Origin: Harriotta raleighana
Lineage: Eukaryota
Length of the DNA stretch: 64,000 bases
Reading direction: 5' to 3'
NCBI GenBank assembly: GCA_050575255.1
Contig: JBNZDD010013730.1
Coordinates: forward strand, 4,053,671-4,117,670
Shown: positions 53,801 to 64,000 of the stretch, in pieces
Layout: the number at the start of each line of letters is the position of its first letter
Position numbering within the stretch: the first letter of the stretch is position 1
Notes under the pieces: model-generated
Database searches by the model: none
Told to the model about the DNA's origin: nothing
The model's input: only the letters and a program-made list of their open reading frames with translations
Program-made: the position numbers and the translations under genes

Positions 53801-54339
53801 GAAAGATATTGCAGTGATGTGGGATCATTTGAAAACTGGGCTGCAGTCACGATCATGTTTTGTTGATCTTACCTCCTCACACCCCTTTAGCAGATTGAAT
53901 GGTTGCCACAGGCAACATTGGCCCAATCCGTCAATGGGAGCTACTCTCTCCTTCTTTACTGACACTAGGAATGTTTCCAGTGACACCGTATAAACAGTGT
54001 GTTAAATCCATCCCACCCTTCAACCAGGGCATTCTGGCTCCAGGAGCTCAGGCCTCCGCTCACACCTCCTACTGATGTTTTGCTGATCCAGATTCAATCA
54101 TGGTTTATATGTGGCCGACATGTCCAGGCAGAATTTATCATCTTGTGCTTGTTGAAGCAGAGTCAGTTTCGTTCGGTAAACAGTTTCTGATTAGCTATGG
54201 GCTACTATCTGATTTAGACTCTGCCAGAGATTAACATTGAGTGCTTGTCTCTGACTAACACTGAAAAAATTTACCTGCATTAAAGTTTGGGCATAAAATT
54301 CGTGTGGGACCAACATCCACACACCTTTACTCACCTTTA

Positions 54340-54972
54340 CTCCAGTACTTGAGTAAAGGTAGCTTTAGTTATCTTGTTAGCTTCCCAGGATCCCGGCTCC
54401 TCCATCCACAAGCTGCAGGTCATCCAGAACTCTGCAGCTCGTGTTCTCTCCCGCACCAGGCTTCGAGACCACATCACTCCCACCCTCACCCGTCTCCACT
54501 GACTCCCCATCCCCCAGAGGATCGAATTCAAGATCCTCATCCTCACCTACAAGGCCATTCACGGCCTTGCTCCCTCCTACCTCTCCGACCTACTATCCCC
54601 CTATCTACCTGCCCGTACCCTCCGTTCCTCTGGCTCTGGGCTGCTCCACATCCCCTGCCCTAACCGTCCTACCATCGGCGGCCGGGCTTTCAGCCGCTCA
54701 GCCCCCAGGCTCTGGAACTCCATCCCCCTGTGCCTTTGCCTCGCTTCCTCCCTTTCCTCTTTCAAGGCCGGTCTCAAGACCTTTCTCTTCGACCGTGCCT
54801 TCAACTCCCCTCTTGAGTCTGTACCCCCTCCTTGCTCCCACCCTTCCCCCCCCTCGCCCTGAACATTTTCCCTTGCTCGGGTCCTGAACCAATCTGTCCA
54901 GCGCCTTGGGACGTCCTCCTGACGTGAAACGCGCTCTATAAGTGTAATTTTGTTGTTGTTGTTGTTGTTGTT
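54340..54972 (+). mobile_element. Well-preserved L2 LINE 3' end
   Basis: Translates HKLQVIQNSAARVLSRTRLRDHITPTLTRLH*LPIPQRIEFKILILTYKAIHGLAPSYLSDLL...GGRAFSRSAPRLWNSIP...FKAGLKTFLFDRAF, then C-rich UTR, stem-loop tail and (TTG)n. Confidence 0.93.
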
Positions 54973-55056
54973 CCAGCCCCAATGGAAGCATCCATCTTCT
55001 CTTTTGCTTTCTCCTTCGTGGTTTAATTTGTCTCTTTCCCAGTGATAACATTGCAA

Positions 55057-55490
55057 ACAATACCAGCTTGCATTTATATAGTTCCTCTCTTGCAGGGTAG
55101 TGTCTCAGTTCGCTTGACAATGGCAGAACATGACTTTGAGCTGGGGGAGGATGAGATGACCATAGGCATGGTCGAAGAGTAAGGTCTTCAGGCACGATCT
55201 AAAGATGGGGAATCAAGGGCCAAGGTGGAGGGATAGAGGAAGAGTGTTCCAGACTTTCAGGGCATAGAGGTTGGAAGTTGGCCACTGATGGTGTGAATGG
55301 AGCGCAAGAGAGACATGCAAGAGGCCGGAGCCAGTTGAACAGAGGCAGAAGTTAGTGGGTTGGAGAGTAAGCAGTTTAGAGAGGAAGGGAGGTGCCAGAT
55401 CATGAAGGGATTTGAAAACAAGTGTGAGGATCTTGAAATCAATCCGTTCAGCTATAAGGAGCCAGTGGGACCTGGCTAGAACTGATAGGA
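55057..55490 (-). mobile_element. Older L2 3' fragment, tail-to-tail with the 54340-54972 copy
   Basis: gcttgcatttatatag tail; ggcatggtcgaagagtaaggtcttcagg; gtgaggatcttgaaatcaat (reverse complement IDFKILT). Confidence 0.65.
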
Positions 55491-56657
55491 TGGGGTACGG
55501 AGTTTAGGACGGTGTCAGTAATTTGGCTTTCAGCACAGTTTGGAACTAACATGTAACAAATACTATTGCAAATGCAAAACTCTTCTACGGATTCTGCCCA
55601 GGCATTAGCTCATGTAGCATGAATCCAGGACAAGATTAAGCTCTTTTAGATCATTTCCCATTAAGCAAAACCCATTTGCAGTGATTTGCTCGGAATCAAT
55701 TGATATCTCAGAAACTACCTTTTGTAATGGATATCTATATTAGTAAAGTCAATAGAAATGTACATTCCATCTGCCTTACTTGCTCCAGATTTCTTAAATT
55801 ATCTCGTGAAATCCTAGTAAAGATCAATCTTCCAATCACTCGCCAACACTTACATACATTTCGTCAATTCTCTACAATGACCACTAGGTGGGGTTCTCCC
55901 TAAGTTCCCCAGTGAATTAATTGTACCCCTAGAACATCCCATCCATTTCTTGATCCATGGGACAGTGTAGATGTGTCACGCTGTGGCCTGATTACCCATT
56001 GCCCCAGCTTGAGGGCAGTGCAGTGGAGGCAAGTGCCTGCAAAAGGAAAAACTAGAAAGATGATGAAAGGTGTAAATAAACAAGGAGCCAGTGATTAATG
56101 ATCACAGAGGAACAAAGAATTTCTGCAGATTGTCCAGCTAAGCGGAAAGCACTTCATAACTACTATTAAAGTGGAACAGGTGAAAATTGTTAGCACTCTA
56201 ATTATCCCTTTTGTTATTCCGTTTCCAAGCCTTCAGCAGAAATAAATCATTCTTTGTTTCTCTGGATAAGGCTTGTACTGTAACATGTCTTCAGGGGTAA
56301 TATTGGCTCAAGTGGCCTTTGTTCTGACTGAGACTCAGTAGTGAGTGTCAATGGACAGTTTGGGGAGGGATACATTATTGCTTCCAAACCACATTGTTTC
56401 CAAGAGGAGTCACTGGACGGCGATCAGAAACGGGACTAGTGGAATAGGCATTCTCCTCCAAAATGCTGCGTGGCATCAAATGAGCCAAAAGGGAGAAACA
56501 AAAACGCTTTTATTGTTCCCCAAATTCCTTTCAATTCTGCCTACCTTCTTGTCTCTATTCACATTTCTTGAGACATCGTCCTGACATAAAAGATACTATA
56601 TAAATGGAAATCGTATTGTTCTTTGTAGCCCTGGGTAAAATGTACCTTTCGGCTTTT

Positions 56658-57428
56658 AACCAGGATTACTGGCGTCCTGACAGACTGCCTGTCCGACATC
56701 AAGTCCTGGACAAGAGACAATTTTCTCCAGCTCAATGACAGCAAGTCCAAGGCCCTCCTGATTGGCTTGTGTCAGCGCCTCCGCACCTCGGGCCCTGGCA
56801 GCATCAGCATCCACGGCTGAACACTCCACCTCACAAAGCCAGTCAGGAACCTGGGTGTCTTGTTTGACACTGAACTTTCTCCCCCACATCTCCACCGTGA
56901 CCAGCACTGCCTTCCACCACCTGGGCAGCATTGCCATACTCTGCCATTGCCTCATCCCTCAAGCTGCCGAAACCTTCACCCATGCAGTTGTCACATTTAG
57001 GCTTGACTAGGGAAACTCCCTTCTTGTCGGTCTTCCCAACTCTTCCATTCACAAGCTGCAGATCATCTAAAACTCTGCAGCTCATGTCCTCTCCCGCACC
57101 AGGCTCCTTGACCCCATCGCCCCTACCCTCGCCAGAGGATAGAATTCAATAGGATAGAATTCAAGATCCTCGTCCTCACTTTCAAGGCCAATCACAGCTT
57201 TGCCCCTTCCTACCTCTCCAACCTGCTGACTCCCTACCAAACTGCCCGCTCCCTCCATTCAGCGGGCTCCCTGTCTCCTGCCCGACCCGCCCTACCTTCG
57301 GTGGCTGGGCTTTCAGCCTCTCTGCCCCCATGTTCTGGAACTCCATTCCACAGACCCTCCACATCACTTGCGACGTTCTCCTGACTTGAAAGGCACTCTA
57401 TAAATGTAATTTTGTTTTGTTGTTGTTT
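56658..57428 (+). mobile_element. L2 LINE ORF2 3' portion, degraded
   Basis: DCLSDIKSWTRDNFLQLNDSKSKALLIG...VRNLGV...AETFTHAVVTFRLD...IEFKILVLTFKA, then tail and (TTG)n. Confidence 0.9.
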
Positions 57429-58437
57429 TAAAACTTCCACATATGTAGAGCAAAGACAACTTTGTCCACTTATTTTGAATCAAAATGGCAGCCAATGCAG
57501 GAATGGTGTCATGGCTATGAGACGCATGTTCATAAGGAAGTGATAGCAAAGCTGGGGAAGCTGCTATCATGGTCAAGAGGAAATAGGAAGAGGGCTGGCA
57601 GAGGAATGTGAGCAATAATGCTACCTTTAAAGCCTTGTTTTCAGCTTCAAATGCCCAGCTGAATGAATGAAGTCCTGAGGTTTAAAATCTCATTACAGTC
57701 CCAGTAACAATACTGTCTCATGTTGGGGGTGGGGAAATTTTGTTTGTTTTGTTAAAATAGCACAAAAGCTACAGTACGGTACTATCAAAAGCTCTCGGAT
57801 ATCACTATGTCTATAATTCATGTAATACGCCTATCCTTTTGGCTGTATATCTTTAAGTATGATGTCGTTCCATTCTGATTTTCCGTGCTGAATAATTTTG
57901 CCTCAGTTGTAATTAACTTTTCAAATACCTCAACAAACCGCATACACATCTAATACTGAAGCTCAATTGAAAAGCTCATTTAAAACTTCAATATTGTAGC
58001 TGTCAGGTTAAGAGTTTATTTAACTTACGCAAGAATGTTTAAACTGGCAGCCTGATTGCATGTATTTGTTTGTCCTAGTCGCCCCATTTTCACTACCACC
58101 AGAGCATGGAGCCACCGCTCTCAATTTATCAATGTATTGTGCACTACCGGGCACAGTTTGGACTGCCATTAGGACAGGTACCTCTATCCATCACAGTGAG
58201 TCAGTCATTCAACATTGCCAGAAGACTAAATGGAGCTTACAGATAAATGTCAACAAATCTCGTCGGACAATCAGAAATGTTACGTGGGTCTGAGGATCAG
58301 GAGACATTGCATCGTTTGGGAACTTATTTTTGTCCATCCATAATTAATGAACAGACTTTTCTATTTTTAATCCATTTGACGCAAATTCATTCTTACCAAA
58401 TTATATGGTATTTTGTGGTAGATTTAATAACATAGAT

Positions 58438-58976
58438 AATAACATTCCTTGCATTTGATATAGTGCCATAACCCTAAAAAAAATTGTCATTTCAATCCAC
58501 GATTGTTTGTGAGGTGCTACTGTGCACGTTTGGCTGCTGCATTTCGTCCCCAAAGTATACAATCAATTAACATTACAGTGTGTTCTGTGAAGCGCTTTGA
58601 GACGTCTAGAATATGTGAAAAGCGCTATATCAAATGCAGGGATTATTATATTATTATTATCACATCTTCAAGACGTTTCAAAGCGCTTCACAGAATATAC
58701 TGTTAAGTGAATTGACTATATTTTGAAGGTTAAACCGTGGCGGCGGTGTCCCACAAACAGTTGTGGATCGAAATGACCAATTTATTATTATTTTGTTTTA
58801 ACGGAATTATTACCCTCGGGAAAGCGATCCACCATTCAACTAACAACCAGATTCCGACTTACTTCTAGGTAAACAAAGACATGTGGAGAAAATTGCCTAA
58901 CATTTCGCCCAGCCAGGAATTGAACAGGTCTCTTGCTTGTGGGGCGAGAACTCTAACCACTGAGCTAGGGGACTCC
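58438..58976 (-). mobile_element. Full-length SINE (long variant) with an opposite-strand SINE fragment (58468-58660) nested in its tail
   Basis: Minus-copy tail is split between 58446-58467 (ccttgcatttgatatagtgc) and 58660 onward (tcacatcttcaagacgtttcaaagcgcttcacag). The tRNA head is at 58910-58976. Confidence 0.85.
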
Positions 58977-59439
58977 ACAAAATCCTCTAGGTTAAACATA
59001 CGGGTATTATGGATTGAGCTTCTTGTGAGGACAGTTTCTCAAGCAGAAATTGATTCCAGATTGTACAGTATTTAGCTCTTCACAAGTTGGTTGTGGCTGT
59101 GCACTGGCTTGCAGTACAGTGCTTGTCTTGTTGGATGTTCGAGTTTATCTGTTAATTACTGATAATTATTTTCTGATGATTTTGTTGCAATTTCTGTTGA
59201 ACTACATCTGCTTCCACATGAATTTCATTTGCAGAATGTCAAGCGGGTGTGAAATTGTATTGATTGAGTAAAACGGAAGATATAGTCCAAAAGGAAATCT
59301 AGGTTGAAGATGAAAACTGGTTTAAATTGCCGTTGACTATATTAATATCGATTGGTTTGAGTGTTGAGTATGTTCTAATAAATTCCACAATGTCCACGCT
59401 CATGGATACCCCAATTAATGCATCTGAATTGTAGCCGTA

Positions 59440-59982
59440 CAACAACAACAAAATTAGATTTGTACACTGACTTTCACATCGGGAAGACATCCCAAAGCAC
59501 TGGATAGTCAGTGCGGGATGGAATTCCAACGGTTGGGTTAATGTGGCTGAAAGCTTACCCGTTGATGATGGGGCAGGTAGGCTGGGGGACATGAAGCAGG
59601 CTAGAGATAGTGGTAGAATCGGGCAATGTTGCGGAGGTGAGGGAAGGCGGAGTGGGTCGTGGCATAGATGTGGGGGAGAAATGACAGTTCAACAAGGCAC
59701 CTAGGTTCCTGTCTTGTTTGGTGAGGTGGAATGTGCATCCGTGGAGGTTGATGCTGCCGGTGCCTGAGGTATGAAAGCGCTGGTGCAAGCCAATCAGGAG
59801 GGCCTCAGCCTTGTTGACGTTCAACTGTAGGAAGTTAGCTCCCATTCAGGACTTGATGTTCGACAGGCAGACTGTCAGGACAGTAGTGGTTCTGGAATCG
59901 AGGGTGGAGGCAGAAAAATAAAGCTGGGTGTCATCCGCATACATATGGAAGTTGACCCCACGTCTGCAGATGATGTCACCAA
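59440..59982 (-). mobile_element. L2 LINE RT fragment with internal deletion and tail
   Basis: Minus strand reads GVNFHMYADDTQLYF...VCLSNIKS*MGANFLQLNVNKAEALLIG...RNLGAL; tail at 59440-59503. Confidence 0.9.
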
Positions 59983-60689
59983 GTAACAACAACAAGTCAA
60001 ACGTAACAGATCAGCCAGCAGTAGAGATAATTGGGGTCTATCATATTAGGATTGTTAAAAATAGCATCTTTTTCTTCCATATTAATATGTAACGTAAAGA
60101 TTTCCATATAGTTTTAGCGATCAGGGTATAATGTCTCCCAAGGTCATTTAACCATTTCATTATTTTACCTATAAACTGTCAACAANTAGCGATCAGGGTA
60201 TAATGTCTCCCAAGGTCATTTAACCATTTCATTATTATTGCCTTAAGCTTTTACCTATAAACTGTCAACAACTCTACTGTTGTGACTCTGTCACATTTGT
60301 TTGTATTTTTTCGCTATACCGTACATGTGCTGTATTTATTTCCTTTTGTCTGCTCTCTTCCATTCATTTCATCTTCTGCAGTTGAATCCGACTGGCACGT
60401 AAAGATCGCCAGATTCTGTCAATATCAAGTTCTCAGTCACAGCCTCAATTCACCCAGAAGCAGAGAAAAAATGTGCCTTTCCCTTTGCTCTCATTCTGTG
60501 GTTGAGACCGGCAGACTCAATCCCAAAGGAAAGTTGCAATGTGAATGTCAGTCAAAACTAAGAGTTGAATTCTCCTTGTTAAAAGTTTAGGCCTCCAGTG
60601 ATGTAGGTTTCTATCAGTCCACCAACATTACTCTTACAGACAGGGCATGTTAAATAAATAAGTTAAAGACCATCATGATAATATTAATC

Positions 60690-61055
60690 TTTGAATTTGA
60701 TATAGATCTTATCATGTTGTTGAGATGTTTCAAAGAGCTTACAAGATATACCGTAATGTGGATTCACTGTGCATTTTGTGGGTGGAACGTGGCAGCCAGT
60801 TACACACAGCAATGGCCCACAAATGGCATTGGAGTGCTGTGGACATTTTCATTCGTCCAGTTTCTATCTGTTAGAGGGAGCAACTCATCTGGGGATCCCA
60901 CTTTCTGATTCTGATACCATTTGCAAACCAAGGGCTGGCCAGAAGGCAGCTGAAATGTAGCATTGTCGGATTGGAGATTTCATGCTTTACATTGCCTGAA
61001 CAATTGGCCTTAAGAGCTGAGTTTTCAGTCAATGAAACCGATCCCACTTTCTGAA
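60690..61055 (-). mobile_element. Old Deu-domain SINE copy
   Basis: ggaacgtggcagccagttacacacagcaatggcccacaaa is the reverse complement of the Deu-like core; degraded tail upstream. Confidence 0.5.
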
Positions 61056-63495
61056 ATGGAGAGATAGTTTGTCCAGTTTGAGAAAAAGGGTGGAAAATCA
61101 TAAAGTCGTTAAAAAAAATTAACGCATTGAAAGGAACAAAGACAGAATGGAACGCCCATGGAGACTTTAAAATGTATTAAATTCCTAAAATGCTATTTAT
61201 GAGAGTTTGGGAACAATATTGCTACAATAAGACTATCCTGATGTTTTGAGCAGTTCTCTACTGTTACTCACTGTTTTTCAATCCTGCTGTGTGCGAGCTG
61301 AAAACGGACAGAATTGTTGGGCCTACAGAGATGGGAAGGCTTCATAGAACTGCTGGTAATAAAACGATTAACTCGTAATAACCATCTTGAAGAGTTGTCT
61401 GCAGATAGCCAAACTAGAGCCAATCTCTGTACATGGACTAAAAAATTTCCCATGCTCGTGTTTGCAAAGGGATATCAGTTGGATTACATTAAACCTTTAT
61501 CAAGAGTGCTTCTGCAGCTGATGGAAGCCTTTTTAACAAACAGATTGAATTAGAAATTCAGCAGATACAAAAACCATGTTGAGAGCGCCTCTTTGATGTT
61601 TACTTTGGTTCCATTTGATAATTTAAGTGTCAAAATATGCTTTTACAGTAAATGAAGCTTAGATGTTATACACTGTATGAATCTGATTGATCAAAAATGT
61701 TACACAACTCCATTAGTGCATAAAAGGCTGATATAAGACAAATGGTAATCCGGTAAAACTCATCAATCTCCTTCCTTACATGAAAATGTAGTACTGTATC
61801 TAGGAATAGGACAAAAATCTAAAATACATTTAGTTACTCTGACATAAACTTCTCTAAAGAAAAAGGTCACTAAACATATTTTCTTGTCTCTCTCGCAGAT
61901 AATGATGTGTGCATATTGTTTTGTCAATCCACCACATTACCTTTTTTTTTGGTGAGCATGTATTTTTCGTGTTGTTTCAGTTCTCATCAGTTCCTGTTAA
62001 ATCCATTGTTGTTTGGACCTCAATTTAAGGGGTTAATTCAATTACACCAGTGACTTCTCCTTCACATTAGGATCACCATTTTAATTCTGTGAGTTATTCT
62101 CTTTCAAACATCTTAAAACTGTCTAATATTAACAGACAATTACCATTCCGGCAATATTTTACAGTTCACATAATCTACATTAAAGCCTAGAGATGAAAGA
62201 CAGAAGAGTTGCAATAGAAGATAACCAAGTGAAGGTAAAAGAGAATGTAGATCTAGCAAACACATGATTTTCTTCCTACGACTGAGTGGGGTGGTGGGGG
62301 GGAAGCAGTGTAAACTTTTAATCAAAATTTCCAGGACAGAATTCCATGATCCCTATATTCAGATCAAATGCCCTTCAATGTGAAAGATAACATCTCCCCT
62401 GAAGCTTATAATGCTGGAACCCTCTTACTTCATAAACCTGGTGCCACCGTGCTTTTCCCTTCAGTCTTTGGAACCAGTCACTTTACAGGAGCAAGGATGT
62501 ACAGAGGGCAAACGTGAGAAATGGCTTGTTATGACAGGCTTATCATGTGCCCTATAATGCTTAGTGCCAGTTATCAAATTTATGTGTGGTAAATATGAAC
62601 AGGTATCTCTTGTAGCTTTTTGATTGCTTATGGACTTGATTTTATCTGACGACTTAACCCAAAGAGCCACCGGGTTTTGGGATTGTCGTGTAATCGGGAT
62701 TCTGTCACAAAATCTCAGCACCAATTCATTCAGATGTCGGAGGCTTTTTTGTGAGGTAAATAACAAACTGGGAAAAATTGGACAATTCAAGATTGAGACG
62801 AAGGTAAAGCCAGTCACTGGGATACAATGACCTCAATACCAAGGATTGAAGAGGTGATCTTATTATGGAGGAAACTATCTTCTGTAGCTGATTAACCCTA
62901 AAGATAAAGTAAAGTCTCACAGCAGTTTACAAGTGCATCAGGGCCTATTGAGTATCTCATCTAATAGTTTACAAGATGGATCTCACTACTATCATTTGTG
63001 TCCAACTTGACTAGATTTAAAACACAATCGTCTACAATTAAGGTCTTCTTTCAACATATTCCTATCGCTCTGATGAATTCAATTCATACCATTGAAAATA
63101 TTAATCTTCAGATTGACTGACAGTTATAAAGGCTGTGTAGTTCCTCAATTCGATGCTGGACCAAGCCTTTGTACTCTGTGTATATACTCAGGGCTCTGGG
63201 TGAGCACTAATCTAAGCCTGGGGAGAGCAGGTGAATAGTACAGTGGGATGTTGATAACACGTTAACGACAGTTATTAGTCAAAACAACATTTGGCCAGAA
63301 AATGAAACTGAGAAATGGTGAAGAATAGGCAGCGCCCAATGACACCAATTAATTTGAGGAAAACAGCACACAAAAATGGAACCAAATATACATAAATATT
63401 ATTTGTGTTCCATGCTCCGAGATGTTGCCCCACATGGAAAGTGCTATGCTATCTAAATGCTAGCTGTTTTTGTTGTGGAGGAAGAGTTTGAAGGC

Positions 63496-63640
63496 CTGTA
63501 CAATGGCTCAGTGGACAAATGCACAGAATGATGCAGTACTGAACCTGCAGTCAAGGTTTAATTGCCCAATCTGTGCTGAGTGAGCGGGTATCAGCTGGGA
63601 GGATGGTGGGGTTGTTGAACGTGACCTCAGTGGGCTCTGG
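63496..63640 (+). mobile_element. Old LmeSINE1-like SINE head
   Basis: tggctcagtggacaaatgcac...tctgtgctgagtgagcgggtatcagctggga...gacctcagtg. Confidence 0.5.
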
Positions 63641-64000
63641 AAGTTTTACCTCCATCATTCATTTTGACTTGGCTTGAGATGTAGTCTATTATTCTGTTAG
63701 TCCATTAATCTAGTAGCTATTTACTTCTGTGAAAACCATTGAAATATAAAAGGGGGTGGGGAAAAATACATTGGAAGTGAAGAGTGTGTTACGTTTGGTT
63801 AATATTACAGTAAGTGGATCATGTTTGTTGGCCTGAATCAGTTCCTCAAACTGTTACTCCAAATGCACACACAATATACCATTCAGCACTGCAAAGTCAT
63901 TCTGACTGGGTCATTTAGATAAGAAACCATTTAGTGTTTTTTTGAGAATGTAAACATTCTTTGTACATGTGCTTACAAGAAATTTACTGGAGTCTGGAAT

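Noticed and set aside
54304-55195. Several overlapping 119-165 aa ORFs
   Set aside because: These are alternative and antisense frames of a GC-rich L2 3' end.

Overview
AT-rich, repeat-dense eukaryotic (vertebrate) genomic DNA. The repeat set (tRNA-headed Deu-type SINEs with L2 tails, L2 and CR1 LINE remnants, LmeSINE1-like copies) points to a cartilaginous fish, probably a chimaera; this is inferred from remembered repeat families, not a search. One protein-coding gene is supported, on the + strand: three exons (19298-19364, 29824-29951, 38539-38586) splice in frame to MEKGNATLKSTGSSTELPVYIA-DVPLECFICRDVVEMTDLDSLLQYCDCKSLVAHQKCLLTWIQK-GFRNEGRPRCKVCTAE. This is a complete but non-canonical C4HC3 RING-CH (MARCH-like) E3 ligase domain. 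I could not find its downstream exons in the window. A ~1.8 kb non-autonomous hAT-like element lies upstream, carrying a possible nested insert and CTCF/NRF1-like motifs. The rest is retroposon debris. Several tandem duplications, including a 1.67 kb one, abut single N bases and look like assembly artefacts. Almost all ORFs in the supplied track are spurious or repeat-derived. I see no clear new biological system; the best leads are the divergent RING-CH gene, the covarying LINE/SINE 3' stem-loops and the composite hAT element.
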